Positions 22,301 through 33,393 of a stretch of 64,000 nucleotides of DNA are shown piece after piece. A model generated the notes under the pieces. That model had not been told where the DNA came from. It made no database searches and saw only the letters and a program-made list of their open reading frames with translations. This DNA is from Macrostomum lignano (lineage: Eukaryota), in contig NIVC01002675.1 of NCBI GenBank assembly GCA_002269645.1, positions 62,001-126,000 of the forward strand, in the 5' to 3' direction. Position 1 is the stretch's first letter. Each line of letters opens with the position of its first letter. Position numbers and translations under genes: made by a program.

Positions 22301-25300
22301 CCCTTAGAACAACATATCTGCCATAAAACTACTAATCCGCTATTAAAACTACCAATTTATCAGAAAAAACTACCAATCTACCCTCAAACTACCAATCTAC
22401 CCTCAAACTACCAATCTACCCTCAAACTACCAATCTACCCTCAAACTACCAATCTACCCTCAAACTACCAATCTACCCTCAAACTACCAATCTACCCTCA
22501 AACTACCAATCTACCCTCAAACTACCAATCTACCCTCAAACTACCAATCTACCCTCAAACTACCAATCTACCCTCAAACTACCAATCTACCCTCAAACTA
22601 CCAATCTACCCTCAAACTACGAATCTACCCTCAACTACCAATCTACCCTCAAACTACCAATCTACCCTCAAACTACCAATCTACCCTCAAACTACCAATC
22701 TACCGAAAAATATTCCAATCTACTAATTTACCCTTAAAACTACGGATTTAGTCTCAAGCTAACACTAACCCTTAAAAGTACCAATCTACCTTCAAAACTA
22801 CCAATACATCCTCAAAATCCTCAAATCTACTCCAAAACTAATCAATCCACAATCAAAACTACCAGACTGTCAATCTTCATAAAAACGAAAAAACATTTAG
22901 AAAACTTTTACGAGCCGCTTGCGTTTTTCACGTTGCTCTGCAGCAGCACAAAGTGATTCAAAGACGCCAAGAGACAGACAGACTGAGGGAAAGCGAACTG
23001 CAGGCAGCTCAGCGGGGGAGCGCACGAAGAGCCACTCGCCTGAGCACTGAAAGCAGAAGAAGCGAAGCTGCGATGAGCAGCTCCTGTCTGGTATTTTGCT
23101 GCTTGCTATTCAAGCAATCTTCTGCTTTTAGAAGAGAGCTCAACAAAACAAAAAATTTCTTCGCTAGAAAAATTCTTTTTAGACTGGAGCTGTTTCGGTA
23201 CGCTTGACCTGAATCTGAGAGAACACCAAGAAAGATACCACAGACAGATAACCATGAGATATCCCATTTATATCTTCGAGAAACCTACAAATACTCAGAG
23301 TAGATAAAGATACCTTACAGACTACCCCAGAGATACCCCGGCGATACCCTAAAGATACCATGCAACAGATAACCCCAGAGAAAACCTCAAAGCAATACCC
23401 CTCAAAGAGATATCCCATGAAGGATAGATACCCAGGGATCCTTCATGAGAAAGAGATGCGTCATGAGAGATACTCCATGAGAGAGAGATACCCATGAAAG
23501 AGAGACACCCATGAGAGAAATACTCCATGAGAGAGAGACCCATGAGAGAGATACCCCATGACAGATTATTTAAGTGAGATACCCAGCGATCCCTCATGAG
23601 AGAGAGATGCCCACGAGAGAGAGATTCCCCATGAGTGATACCCCATGAGAGATACCTCATGAGAGATACCTCATGAGAGATACCCCATGAGAGAGATACC
23701 CCATAAGAGAGAGATACTCAGAGATACCTACTGAGAGAGAGATACCCAGGGTTACTCTAGAGATCCACAGCGCCCGTATTGCACCTGTCGCAGCCGGGCC
23801 ACCTCCTGCCGAAGCCGTTTCGTCTCGGCCTGGTCCCGGGTTCGCTCCTCGCCGAAGGCGGCCACTCGACGTCGAAGTAGCGACGTCTCCGCCTCGGCGT
23901 CCGACACCTGCTGGCAGAGCCGGTCGGCGGCTTCGCGGTCGGCCGCGCGCTGACGATTCGCCTCGTCCAGTCTAAGCGCGGTGAGAGGACGATTCTCAAT
24001 TCCTTGGTAAAGTTAATCACACTACATATCGGCGATGTCTGCACTGACTAGATCTATCTGGCTCATCCACCCAGACTCACAGCTGCTGCAGCTCACTCAG
24101 CTGGTCCCCCATCGAGGTGACTCGAACCTCCGCCCCAGCCTTGTACTGCTCAGCCTCCTCAAGCAGCCGGCGCATCTGCTGCAGCTCGCACTCGTACAGC
24201 TGCTTGACCTTCTCCGTCTCCTTGCCCCAGGACTCGCGCAGCTTCCGCAGCTCCTCGGACAGCTTCCGGTTCTGGGCCTCCAAAAAGCGGACCTGCAAAG
24301 CCGGAGAAGACCGGTAGCCGCTGCCTACGCTGTCTGGAGAGTTTCCGGCCAGACCGTCCATGGCCCGCTTCAAAAAGGCAAACTGGAACTGACAGCCGAA
24401 GCCTGCGCCGGCTCTGCGCCTCTGTTTTGTAGCGCCAGAGGGAAGCTCTAATTGTTGCTAGCGGAGTTCCGCCGCTCAAAAGTGGCTCTTCCGACAATTA
24501 CTGTGGAATCTGCGGTTTTGTCCCTCCACCCCGTTGCAGGAGAAACCCATCATCGATTTGAGCTCGTGAGATTAGCCAAGCCTCTAATAGCGGCTGATGC
24601 GAGTCGTAAAACAGCCAGTTTTTGGACTGGCCGGTTTCAACTGCGACTGGGTCCGGCTCGAACCGGGGTTGACTTTGATAGCTAACAAATATTCTATCTA
24701 TGCTTGATTTTAGTGCATAAAAAACTAAATTTTGTGACAGTTTAGAGGGCCAATTCACAGGGTTAAAGGATGATTCCTAGTGTGGTTTTGAAGGCCGATT
24801 CTCTGCTTGACTAAAATGCCTATTGTTTAGCATGATGAAAAAAGCCAATTGTCAGGGTGTTTTTGAAGGTCTATTGTCAGGGTGGCTTTGAGGGCCGATT
24901 GTCAGGGTGTTTTTGAGGGTCAATTGTCAGGGTGGTTTTGAAGGTCTATTGTCAGGGTGGCTTTGAGGGCCGATTGTCAGGGTGTTTTTGAGGGCCGATT
25001 ATCTGGGTGGTTTTGGGAGCCGATTATCTGGGTGGTTTTGAAAGCCGATTGCCTAGGGGTGGTTTTGAAGGCCGATTGTCAGGGTGGTTTTCAGGGCCGA
25101 TTATCTGGGTGGTTTTGAAAGCCGATTGCCTAGGGGTGGTTTTAAAGGCCGATTGTCAGGGTGGTTTTGAAGGCCTATTGTTAGGGTGGATATGAGGGCC
25201 GATTGCCTGGGGTGGTTTTGAAGGCCGATTACTAGGGTGGTTTTGAAGCCCGATTGTAAGGGTGGTTTTGAAGGCCGATTTTGTTGCACCGATTTTTAGC

Positions 25301-25720
25301 GGCGCCTACTGCAGACAAAGCTTCCGCATCAAGTGTTTGCAGCTCGTTGAGAAGGACATTGTAGGCAAAATCAGACATTGAAGCTGGACTCAAACTGCAT
25401 CATCGGCAATCACAATCTCACCTGTAGCCAATTCTCACCTTCTCAGTGTAGCTGGCGAACCGCTCGTTCAGCTCGCGCATCTCCTGCTTCTCTTTTTGCC
25501 GGCCGGTGAGCACACTGCTCAGCTCAGCCGAGCTGCTGCGCACAGCCGCTGCCGCCGTGGCGCCATCGACCAAGTCGACGAAGCTGCCGATCCCGACGCC
25601 AGCGCCTCGACGAGAAGTCGTCGCGACGGCCGCCGCAGGTGTCCGGTTGATGACGATGGTCTTGGCCGCGGCGATTGGCCCTCTGGCGCGGCTGACGCCG
25701 CCGTTCCCAGCTGCCGACAT
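16306..25720 (-). CDS. Invertebrate cytoplasmic intermediate filament protein (long coil 1b plus lamin-tail domain, no CaaX), 10 exons, 666 aa
   Basis: complement(join 25439-25720, 24081-24292, 23785-23971, 21994-22089, 20997-21505, 19614-19894, 17723-17847, 17534-17647, 16634-16783, 16306-16350) = 2001 nt, all GT-AG with matching phases. Motifs: KQEMRELNERFASYTEKVRFLEAQN (coil 1a), AALAYRDTTGENREFWKAEM (linker L12), LSLELEIHAYRKLLEGEEIR (rod end), LTD motifs DGKFVTLE, DWTLVR, YTFP, IWA, SWGIG, end GEERATHIQKTTYSAS*. The exon-6 donor (GTCTCT) is the least certain. Confidence 0.93.
16805..17490. repeat. 29-30-bp G-rich minisatellite (GAGTTTTGAGGTGACGGAGGGTAAGGGTT)n, IF intron 8
   Basis: Direct tandem copies; explains ORF 16647..17513. 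Confidence 0.95.
18090..19260. repeat. ~20-bp minisatellite (AAACTACCCATCTACATCAC)n with ~458-bp higher-order repeat, IF intron 6
   Basis: Variant ATCCCAAACTATCC recurs at 18126, 18603 and 19061. Confidence 0.95.
20236..20963. repeat. Perfect 14-bp minisatellite (GGATGGGGTGAGCA)x52, IF intron 5
   Basis: 728 bp = 52 copies with no variants seen; explains ORFs 20187-21153. Confidence 0.98.
21535..21965. repeat. 18-19-bp minisatellite (TTTGAGGGTAGATTGGTAG)n, IF intron 4
   Basis: Reverse complement of the array at 22240-22870. Confidence 0.93.
22240..22870. repeat. 19-bp minisatellite (CTACCAATCTACCCTCAAA)n, IF intron 3 (homogeneous core 22370-22705)
   Basis: Direct tandem copies with degenerate flanks. 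Confidence 0.93.
23410..23750. repeat. Degenerate (GAGATACCCCATGAGA)n repeat, IF intron 3
   Basis: Repeated CCATGAGAGA/GAGATAC cores. Confidence 0.85.
24785..25285. repeat. 25-bp satellite family (GCCGATTGTCAGGGTGGTTTTGAAG)n, IF intron 1
   Basis: Same unit also at 31790-32135, 33845-33910 and 35190-35890. Confidence 0.93.
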
Positions 25721-26033
25721 GATGATGAGGCTTGTCCGCTCGTCCGCAGCAGCCACAAATCTGTCAACTTTTCAATAGACCAGCCAGCCCGCCTTGCTCA
25801 ACTGCAGTTCCGGAGGGCAGGGCAGGGGCGGCTCCGGTCCAATGGGAGGCCACACAGTGGGCGGCTGAGTCAGAGGTTTGTCACCGCTGCACTCGCTACA
25901 CAATTACTGGGCTCGGCCATGTCAAATTTAGCTTTGGGCAGATTTTAACTTGGTGTAAAAATAGGGATTAGCCACTCCGCAGTGCTGCTTTACCTGCTAG
26001 TTGGCTCATTGTCTTCGATTTATTAAGTCTCAG

Positions 26034-26272
26034 TTAGTGAGTGAGTGAGTGAGTGAGTGAGTGAGTGAGTGAGTGAGTGAGTGAGTAAGTGAGTGAGTAA
26101 GTGAGTGAGTGAGTGAGTGAGTAAGTGAGTGAGTGAGTGAGTGAGTGAGTGAGTGAGTGAGTGATTGAGTGAGTGAGTGAGTAAGTGAGTGAGTGAGTGA
26201 GTAAGTGAGTGAGTGAGTGAGTGAGTGAGTGAGTGAGTGAGTGAGTGAGTGAGTATATATATATATATATAT
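26034..26272. repeat. (GTGA)n microsatellite followed by (TA)n
   Basis: Direct reading; adjoins the 3' end of the RTE-like LINE. Confidence 0.97.
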
Positions 26273-26274
26273 AA

Positions 26275-28335
26275 GGACGCAAAGATTATGGTAGGCATCT
26301 TGCGCGCACGCGCTCGCAGAAGAGACGAGAGGGACAGTTTGTGACAGATTGTGGGGTCAGGTTAATGGCTTGAAGGTCAGACTCAAGCGTGGCGGTCCGG
26401 CCTTGGCCCCGTCGGAGACGCTCGGTCAGCCGGCGCCGCTGGAGGGTGGCACTGAGCTGAGGCACGCGGGCTCTCGCCATCAGCAGGTCCGTCGGCAGCC
26501 GCTCTGGGTAATGGATGCCAAGGGCGAACCGCAGCAGCGATCGGTAGGCAGCATCCAGGGCTCGAGACCTCGAGTCGGTCATTGGCACTGCCTCCAGTCC
26601 GTACAGGAAGATTGGCTCTACGGCAGCGCGGAACAGGCGCATCTTCAGGTCGTCGTTGGCAGCTGAGCTGAAGACCTCCCTGAGGAGATGAGCCGCGCGC
26701 CAGGCTTGTGACCTCCGGTCAGCGATGATGGAGTCAGGGCTGCCTCATCACGAGGGAGCCCAGGTACCGGAAGTCTCTGCAGACTGAAATGACTTGCCCA
26801 TCTGGAAGGGTCAGGATTGGTGCTGCATCGGTGCCCACGTGCAGCACCTCCGTCTTGCGTGCGTTGATTTGCAGTCCGACTCGGGCGCTCTCCTCATAGA
26901 GTCTCGAGAGCGCTCTCTGGGCGGCAGTCGGACTGCGGCACAGCAGGGCGATGTCGTCGGCGTACGCGAGGGCGGGCAAAGGGGCAGCACCTCGGCGGGA
27001 GCTCCGGCGTGACGCCAGCAGGTAACTCCTCTGTGAGGCTTCGGCGCAGCACGTAGTCGACGACAAGAATGAAGAGCAGAGGGGCCAACGTGTCACCTTG
27101 GAGGACTCCGGAGCTGGTGCAGAAGTCCTCAGTTGGGCCATCGCTGGTTTGGACAAAGGCTTTGCTGTTGTTGTAGAGGTCCATAACTGCAGAGATAAGA
27201 GCCGGGGGGACGCCATAGTGCTCGAGCAGCAACGCGATCGCGCGCTGGCACACTGAGTCAAAAGCTTTGCTTTGTAAAGCTTTGTAAGTCCACAAAGACA
27301 ATTGACACAGCTCTTTGGTGAGTTTTACAGGCCTTGACGACTGCTCGAAGGGCTGCAATCTGCTCTGTTGTCGAGCGGCCGGGCCTGAAGCCACTTTGGA
27401 GGCTCAGGATCATTTGGTTGAGGCCAGGCAGCAGCCGATTACGCAGTATAGCATTGAGCAGCTTAGCCAGAGTGCATTCCAGAGCGATGCCGCGTTGGTT
27501 GTCCAGACTGGTGGATGCCCTTCTCGGGGATGGAGACGATCTTAGAGGTGCGCCAGTTGTCAGCAGCAGTAGCACCTGGGTTGCCTCCAACAGGACAGTG
27601 CTTGTTGAGCACAGTCGTGATGTCCTGTGTCAGCTCCGGCAGCTTGAGCACACTGGGTGGAATGCCATCTACTCCCGCGGCAGCGTCGGGGCGCATGATC
27701 TTGAGCACTCGGGGTTTACCTCGTAGACAGTCAGCGGGCCGGAGTTGAAAGTCGAGGGCTCAGCCGGAATAAAGTTTTCGATCGGCAGCAAATCAGCAGA
27801 GGGTGGTGGAGCGTTGAGCACATTGTGGTAGTGAGTGGCCAGCAGGGCTTTGCGATGGTGTATGGACTCAGCATCTACAGCGGCATTGGCCCTCTGCTTC
27901 CTGGCAGTCAGGCGGTTGATGGCGCGCCAGGCCGCTGTGTGCCGGTAGTTGTCTGTTGCTAGTTGAATTTCAGCAACAGCCTCCTGGACAAAGGCTTCGG
28001 TCCTCCGGGAATGTTAAAAGTGAAGATCGAGCGAGACAAAAATAACTGGCTCAGCACTCCATTCTATTCTTTCCTCCATGGTTGGGCCAGGGCTGTTTCA
28101 GCCTGCTCACTGTCTTGGCCAAAGACTGCGGTTGTTCTTTGCACGTCGCGCCTAGCGATGGAGATCTCTTCGTCGGAGTCCCAGAGGGCTTTTGGCTGGT
28201 GCGGTTTTCGTTTTGGTAGGATCGAGGCAGCTCTCTCAACAGCTCTGGTGAAGGCGTCCGCCGATTCATTCAGGGCCGGAGTAGCATTTTGCAGCTTTTC
28301 AATGAACGCACTGCGCGTGTCTGGGTTTCTCAGAT
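26275..28335 (-). mobile_element. Decayed, 5'-truncated RTE-like non-LTR retrotransposon (reverse transcriptase region)
   Basis: Frameshifted fragments: GIALECTLAKLLNAILRNRL, QSGFRPGRSTTEQI, VFVD..KAFDSV, GVLQGDTLAPLLFILVVDYVL, LAYADDIALL, GLQINARKTE, FRYLGS, LFRAAVEPIFLYGLE. A short duplication (CAAAGCTTT) disrupts the DxxKAFD motif. Clade assignment is inference. Confidence 0.88.
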
Positions 28336-28492
28336 CTGCCCAGAGGGGGTGCAGTAGGTCAGTCAGTGAGTCAGTGAGTCAGTAGGTCAGTCAGTGAGTC
28401 AGTGAGTCAGTAGGTCAGTCAGTGAGTCAGTGAGTCAATAGGTCAGTCAGTAGGTCAGTCAGTGAGTCAGTGAGTCAGTCAGTAAGTTATTG

Positions 28493-28523
<31 letters not shown>

Positions 28524-28650
28524 AGGTCAGTCAGTCCGTCAGTCAGTCAGTCAGTCAGTCAGTCAGTCAGTCAGTCAGTCAGTCAGTCAGTCAGTCAGTC
28601 AGTCAGTCAGTCAGTCAGTCAGTCAGTCAGTCACCCACTCACTCAAGTCA

Positions 28651-28684
<34 letters not shown>

Positions 28685-28851
28685 AGGTCAGTCAGTCAGT
28701 CAGTCAGTCAGTCAGTCAGTCAGTCAGTCAGTCAGTCAGTCAGTCAGTCAGTCAGTCAGTCAGTCAGTCAGTCAGTCAGTCAGTCAGTCAGTCAGTCAGT
28801 CAGTCAGTCAGTCAGTCAGTCAGTCAGTCAGTCACCCATTCACTCAAGTCA

Positions 28852-28885
<34 letters not shown>

Positions 28886-28992
28886 AGGTCAGTCAGTCAG
28901 TCAGTCAGTCAGTCAGTCAGTCAGTCAGTCAGTCAGTCAGTCAGTCAGTCAGTCAGTCAGTCAGTCAGTCAGTCACCCATTCACTCAAGTCA

Positions 28993-29026
<34 letters not shown>

Positions 29027-29104
29027 AGGTCAGTCAGTCAGTCAGTCAGTCAGTCAGTCAGTCAGTCAGTCAGTCAGTCAGTCAGTCAGTCACCCATTTA
29101 CTCA

Positions 29105-29135
<31 letters not shown>

Positions 29136-29446
29136 AGGTCAGTCAGTCAGTCAGTCAGTAAGTCATTGAGTCAGTCAGTCAGTCAGTCAGTCAGTAGGTC
29201 AGTCAGTCAGTCAGTCAGTCAGTCAGTCAGTCAGTCAGTAGGTCAGTCAGTCAGTCAGTCAGTCAGTCAGTCAGTCAGTCAGTCAGTCAGTCACCCATTC
29301 ACTCAAGTCAGTCAGTCAGTCAGTCAGTCAGTCAGTCAGTCAGTAGGTCAGTCAGTCAGTAGGTCAGTCAGTCAGTCAGTCAGTCAGCAGTCAGTCAGTC
29401 AGTCAATCAGTCACCCACTCACTCAAGTCAGTCAGTCAGTCAGTCA

Positions 29447-29478
<32 letters not shown>

Positions 29479-29595
29479 TTGAGTCAGTCAGTCAGTCAGT
29501 CAGTCAGTCAGTAGGTCAGTCAGTCAGTCAGTCAGTCAGTCAGTCAGTCAGTCAGTCAGTCAGTCAGTCAGTCACCCATTCACTCAAGTCAGTCA

Positions 29596-29638
<43 letters not shown>

Positions 29639-29752
29639 AGTCAGTCAGTCAGTCAGTCAGTCAGTCAGTCAGTCAGTCAGTCAGTCAGTCAGTCAGTCAG
29701 TCAGTCAGTCAGTCAGTCAGTCAGTCAGTCAGTCAGTCAGTCAGTCAGTCAG

Positions 29753-29787
<35 letters not shown>

Positions 29788-30003
29788 CAGTCAGTCAGTC
29801 AGTCAATCAGTCACCCACTCACTCAAGTCAGTCAGTCAGTCAGTCAGTCAGTCAGTCAGTCAGTCACCCACTCACTTAAGTCAGTCAGTCAGTCAGTCAA
29901 TCAGTCACCCACTCACTCAAGTCAGTCAGTCAGTCAGTCAGTCAGTCAGTCAGTCAGTCAGTCAGTCAGTCAGTCAGTCAGTCAGTCAGTCAGTCAGTCA
30001 GTC
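28333..30003. repeat. (GTCA)n compound microsatellite, ~1.7 kb, with 10 interspersed CACCCA(T/C)TCACTCAAG motifs
   Basis: Direct reading. Confidence 0.97.
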
Positions 30004-30589
30004 AGGCAGTTAAAAGAGGCAAACGCAAACGAATTGAGTTGGCATTTTGTTACACATGAATATTGTACACATATGAAGACAAAAATCCACCTCTTCGCTG
30101 TTAATATTGATATATTTAGCCAGTTAGATCTTATATTGCACAAATGATTTTAATTGATGTTATTAACTCAAAATAGCAGCATGATTACACCTACATGGAC
30201 AAATATAACACTGTACATGACCCCAAATCCTATATAGTGAAATGGAAAATGATTAAATGTTAAATCTGGGACAATCAGGCCACACCTCTACTCATAGTAA
30301 TATTTGAAAACCCGTTTAACATGCACACGGACATGCAAGGTGGGCAAGCACGCAGCTTAGATTTTTAACCAGTGAATGGCATGAAAGAAATTCAATATTT
30401 CGATCAAAAAAAGCCAATATCGAAGCACTTCTAGAAAAATACAATCCAAAATAGATCAATCAGATGCACAAGAGTCAGCAGGATAAAATCTTACAGATCA
30501 ATGTGCGCGCTTTACTTATTTTTATTAACTTGTCTATTCTCAGGCTGGCTGAGATGGCCCATGGCCGGTCGAAGCAAGTACATTCTGAG

Positions 30590-31262
30590 GAGAGGGGAAA
30601 GGGGTGAGTAAACTTTGAGGGGAGAGGTTGAAGGGGTAAGTACATTCCGGGGGAGAGGTTGTAGGGGTAAGTACATTCTGGGGGAAAGGTTGAAGGGGTA
30701 AGTACATTCTGGGGGAAAGGTTGAAGGGGTAAGTACATTCTGGGGGAAAGGTTGAAGGGGTAAGTACATTCTGGGGGAAAGGTTAAAGGGGTAAGTACAT
30801 TCCGGGGAGAGGTTGAAGGGGTAAGTACATTCTGGGGGAAAGGTTGAAGGGGTAAGTACATTCTGGGGGAAAGGTTGAAGGGGTAAGTACATTCTGGGGG
30901 AAAGGGGGAAGGGGTAAGTACATTCTGGGGGAAAGGGGGACGGGTGAGTACATTGTGGGGGAGAGGGGGAAGGGGTAAGTACATTCTGGGGGAGAGGGTA
31001 AAGGGGTAAGTACATTCTGGGGGAAAGGGGGACGGGTGAGTACATTCTGGGGGAGAGGGGGAAGGGGTAAGTACATTCTGGGGGAGAGGGTAAAGGGGTA
31101 AGTACATTCTGGGGGAAAGGGGGACGGGTGAGTACATTCTGGGGAGAGGGAAAGGGGTGTGTACATTCCGGTGAGAGGGGGGAAGGCGTGTACATTCTGG
31201 GGAGAGGGGGACGGGTGAGTACATTCTGGGGAGAGGTAAAGGGGTGTGTACATTCCGGGGAG
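30590..31262. repeat. ~31-bp G-rich minisatellite (GGGGTAAGTACATTCTGGGGGAAAGGTTGAA)n
   Basis: Direct tandem copies; explains ORFs 30475-31293. Confidence 0.93.
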
Positions 31263-31789
31263 AGGGCAGAGAACATTTAGTGCTCTGAGACAATTTGGTA
31301 CATTGTGTTCTGAAACATATGGGCTTTGATATATTGAGACATTTTGGCGGTCAACTCAAAAGTTGCTTTAACACTCGGTAGTTTTGATGAAAAAAAAAAT
31401 TTGATTGAATTTAAAAACGAGATGCATTACAATATAAAGGTCACAGCTGCCACACCCGCGTTTGATGATGACAGAGATGCTGGATGACCAGACAAATACC
31501 TGTTTTAAACCGAAAACCGCGATTAATATTTCGTATTACAGTAACAGTTCGATACAAAAAGCATTGCAATATCAAGCTCGAATATTGCGTCGTGTGTACA
31601 ACATATATGGATTGAGAATTTGACACAAGACTGATAGAAAACAATACCAATAAGTAGCTCGAAGTTTTTACTATATTAATACAAAACAACGGATATTACA
31701 AAGACACAATAGCTTGCTCATATGCTCCCGAAACTCACAACCATAACTCAAACAAGTCATATGACTATGGGCCGGGCCATTCAGTGCCG

Positions 31790-32135
31790 AATATTATCAG
31801 TGTGGTTTTCAGGGCCTATTGTCAGTGTGGTTTTGAAGGCCTATTGTCAGTGTGGTTTTAAAGGCCTATTGTCAGTGTGGTTTTGAAGGCCTATTGTAAG
31901 TGTGGTTTTGAAGGCCTATTGTCAGTGTGGTTTTGAAGGCCTATTGTAAGTGTGGTTTTGAAGGCCTATTGTCAGTGTGGTTTTGAAGGCCTATTGTCAG
32001 GGTGGGTTTGAAGGTTGATTTCTCAGGGTGGTTTTAAAGGCCGATTATTAGTGTGGTTTAGAAGGCCGATTATCAAGTGATTTGAAGGCCGATTCTCAGG
32101 GTGATTTTGGAGGCCGATTCTCAGTATGGTTTTGA
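31790..32135. repeat. 25-bp satellite family copy just downstream of the VKR stop codon
   Basis: GCCTATTGTCAGTGTGGTTTTGAAG units. Confidence 0.92.
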
Positions 32136-32222
32136 ATGCCGATCATCAACATGGTTTCAAAAAGCAATTCTCAGGGTGACTGCTTTGGCAAGCTAGTCAG
32201 GCTGTGCATAAGGAACTCCGTC

Positions 32223-33222
32223 TCAGTCAAGTACGCTGTGCGTCAAAGCAGCCAGCGAGTTGGTCAACGAGTCCGAGTCGCCGCCGCCTCCTTCGCAGGC
32301 GCCTGGCGGTGCCGATCCGGAGCTGTGCGGGTCCGGCTTCAGCCGAGAGCCCCGCCGGCTGGCTGCCGTCGCCTCTGCCGCAGTCCGGGCCGCAAAGACG
32401 CGCGTTTTTGCGCGGTCGCGCTTTCCTCCGCCTCCGCTACCGCTGCCACCGCCGCCACCAGACGGCCCCGAATTGAGCAGCGAGGCGGCCACCAGGGCGA
32501 TGGAGTTTGAGAATGACGAATTCACGCTCATGCCATTGAGCTGGCGCGAGCTGCCCGACAGACTCGACAAACCGTCGCGCGCCCCGGCGCCGCCGCTGGG
32601 CTGCCGACCGACAGTTCGCAGCGGGTCGCCGCCGCCGGCTCTGTCCAGCTCCTCCGGCGGCTGCATCGGTGGCGCCTCGTCCAGGCAGGGCGTGACGCAC
32701 TCGGGATTCTCGCGCAGGACAGCCACCAGCTCCGACATGGTTGGGCGCTCTTTCGGCTCGAACTGCCAGCAGCGGGACACGATGGCGTGCAGCACGGGGG
32801 TGGCGCCGGCTGGGAAGCGGGACAGCAGAGTCTCGCCGTGGTTGACCTGCGCCATGACCTGCTGCTGGCTCAGCTCCTCGAACGGGTACTTGCCGAAGGT
32901 GACCAGCTCGTACAGCACAACAGCGTAGGCCCAGACGTCGCTGTGCACGGTGAAGAAGTAGTACTGGATGGCTTCCGGCGGCATCCAGCGGACTGGCACC
33001 ATCTTCTGCGTCTGCGTGCGGTAATAGTCCTTCACGGTGCGGGCCAGCCCGAAGTCCCCGATTTTTACCTGCGCAATTTGGGGCGCGATTGTCGGAGTTG
33101 CCCGTCTGTCTGTCTGTCTCTCTGTGTGTGTGTCTGTCTTTCTGTCTGCCTGTCTGTCTGTCTGTGTGTGTGTCTGTCTTTCTGTCTGCCTGTCTGTCTG
33201 TCTGTCTTTCTGTCTGCCTGCC

Positions 33223-33273
<51 letters not shown>

Positions 33274-33340
33274 GTGTGTCTGTCTTTCTGTCTGCCTGTC
33301 TGTCTGTCTGTGTGTGTGTCTGTCTTTCTGTCTGCCTGCC

Positions 33341-33393
<53 letters not shown>

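Noticed and set aside
16306-25720. Calling the IF gene a nuclear lamin
   Set aside because: There is no C-terminal CaaX, and the ATHIQ ending and AYRDTT linker are typical of cytoplasmic invertebrate IFs.
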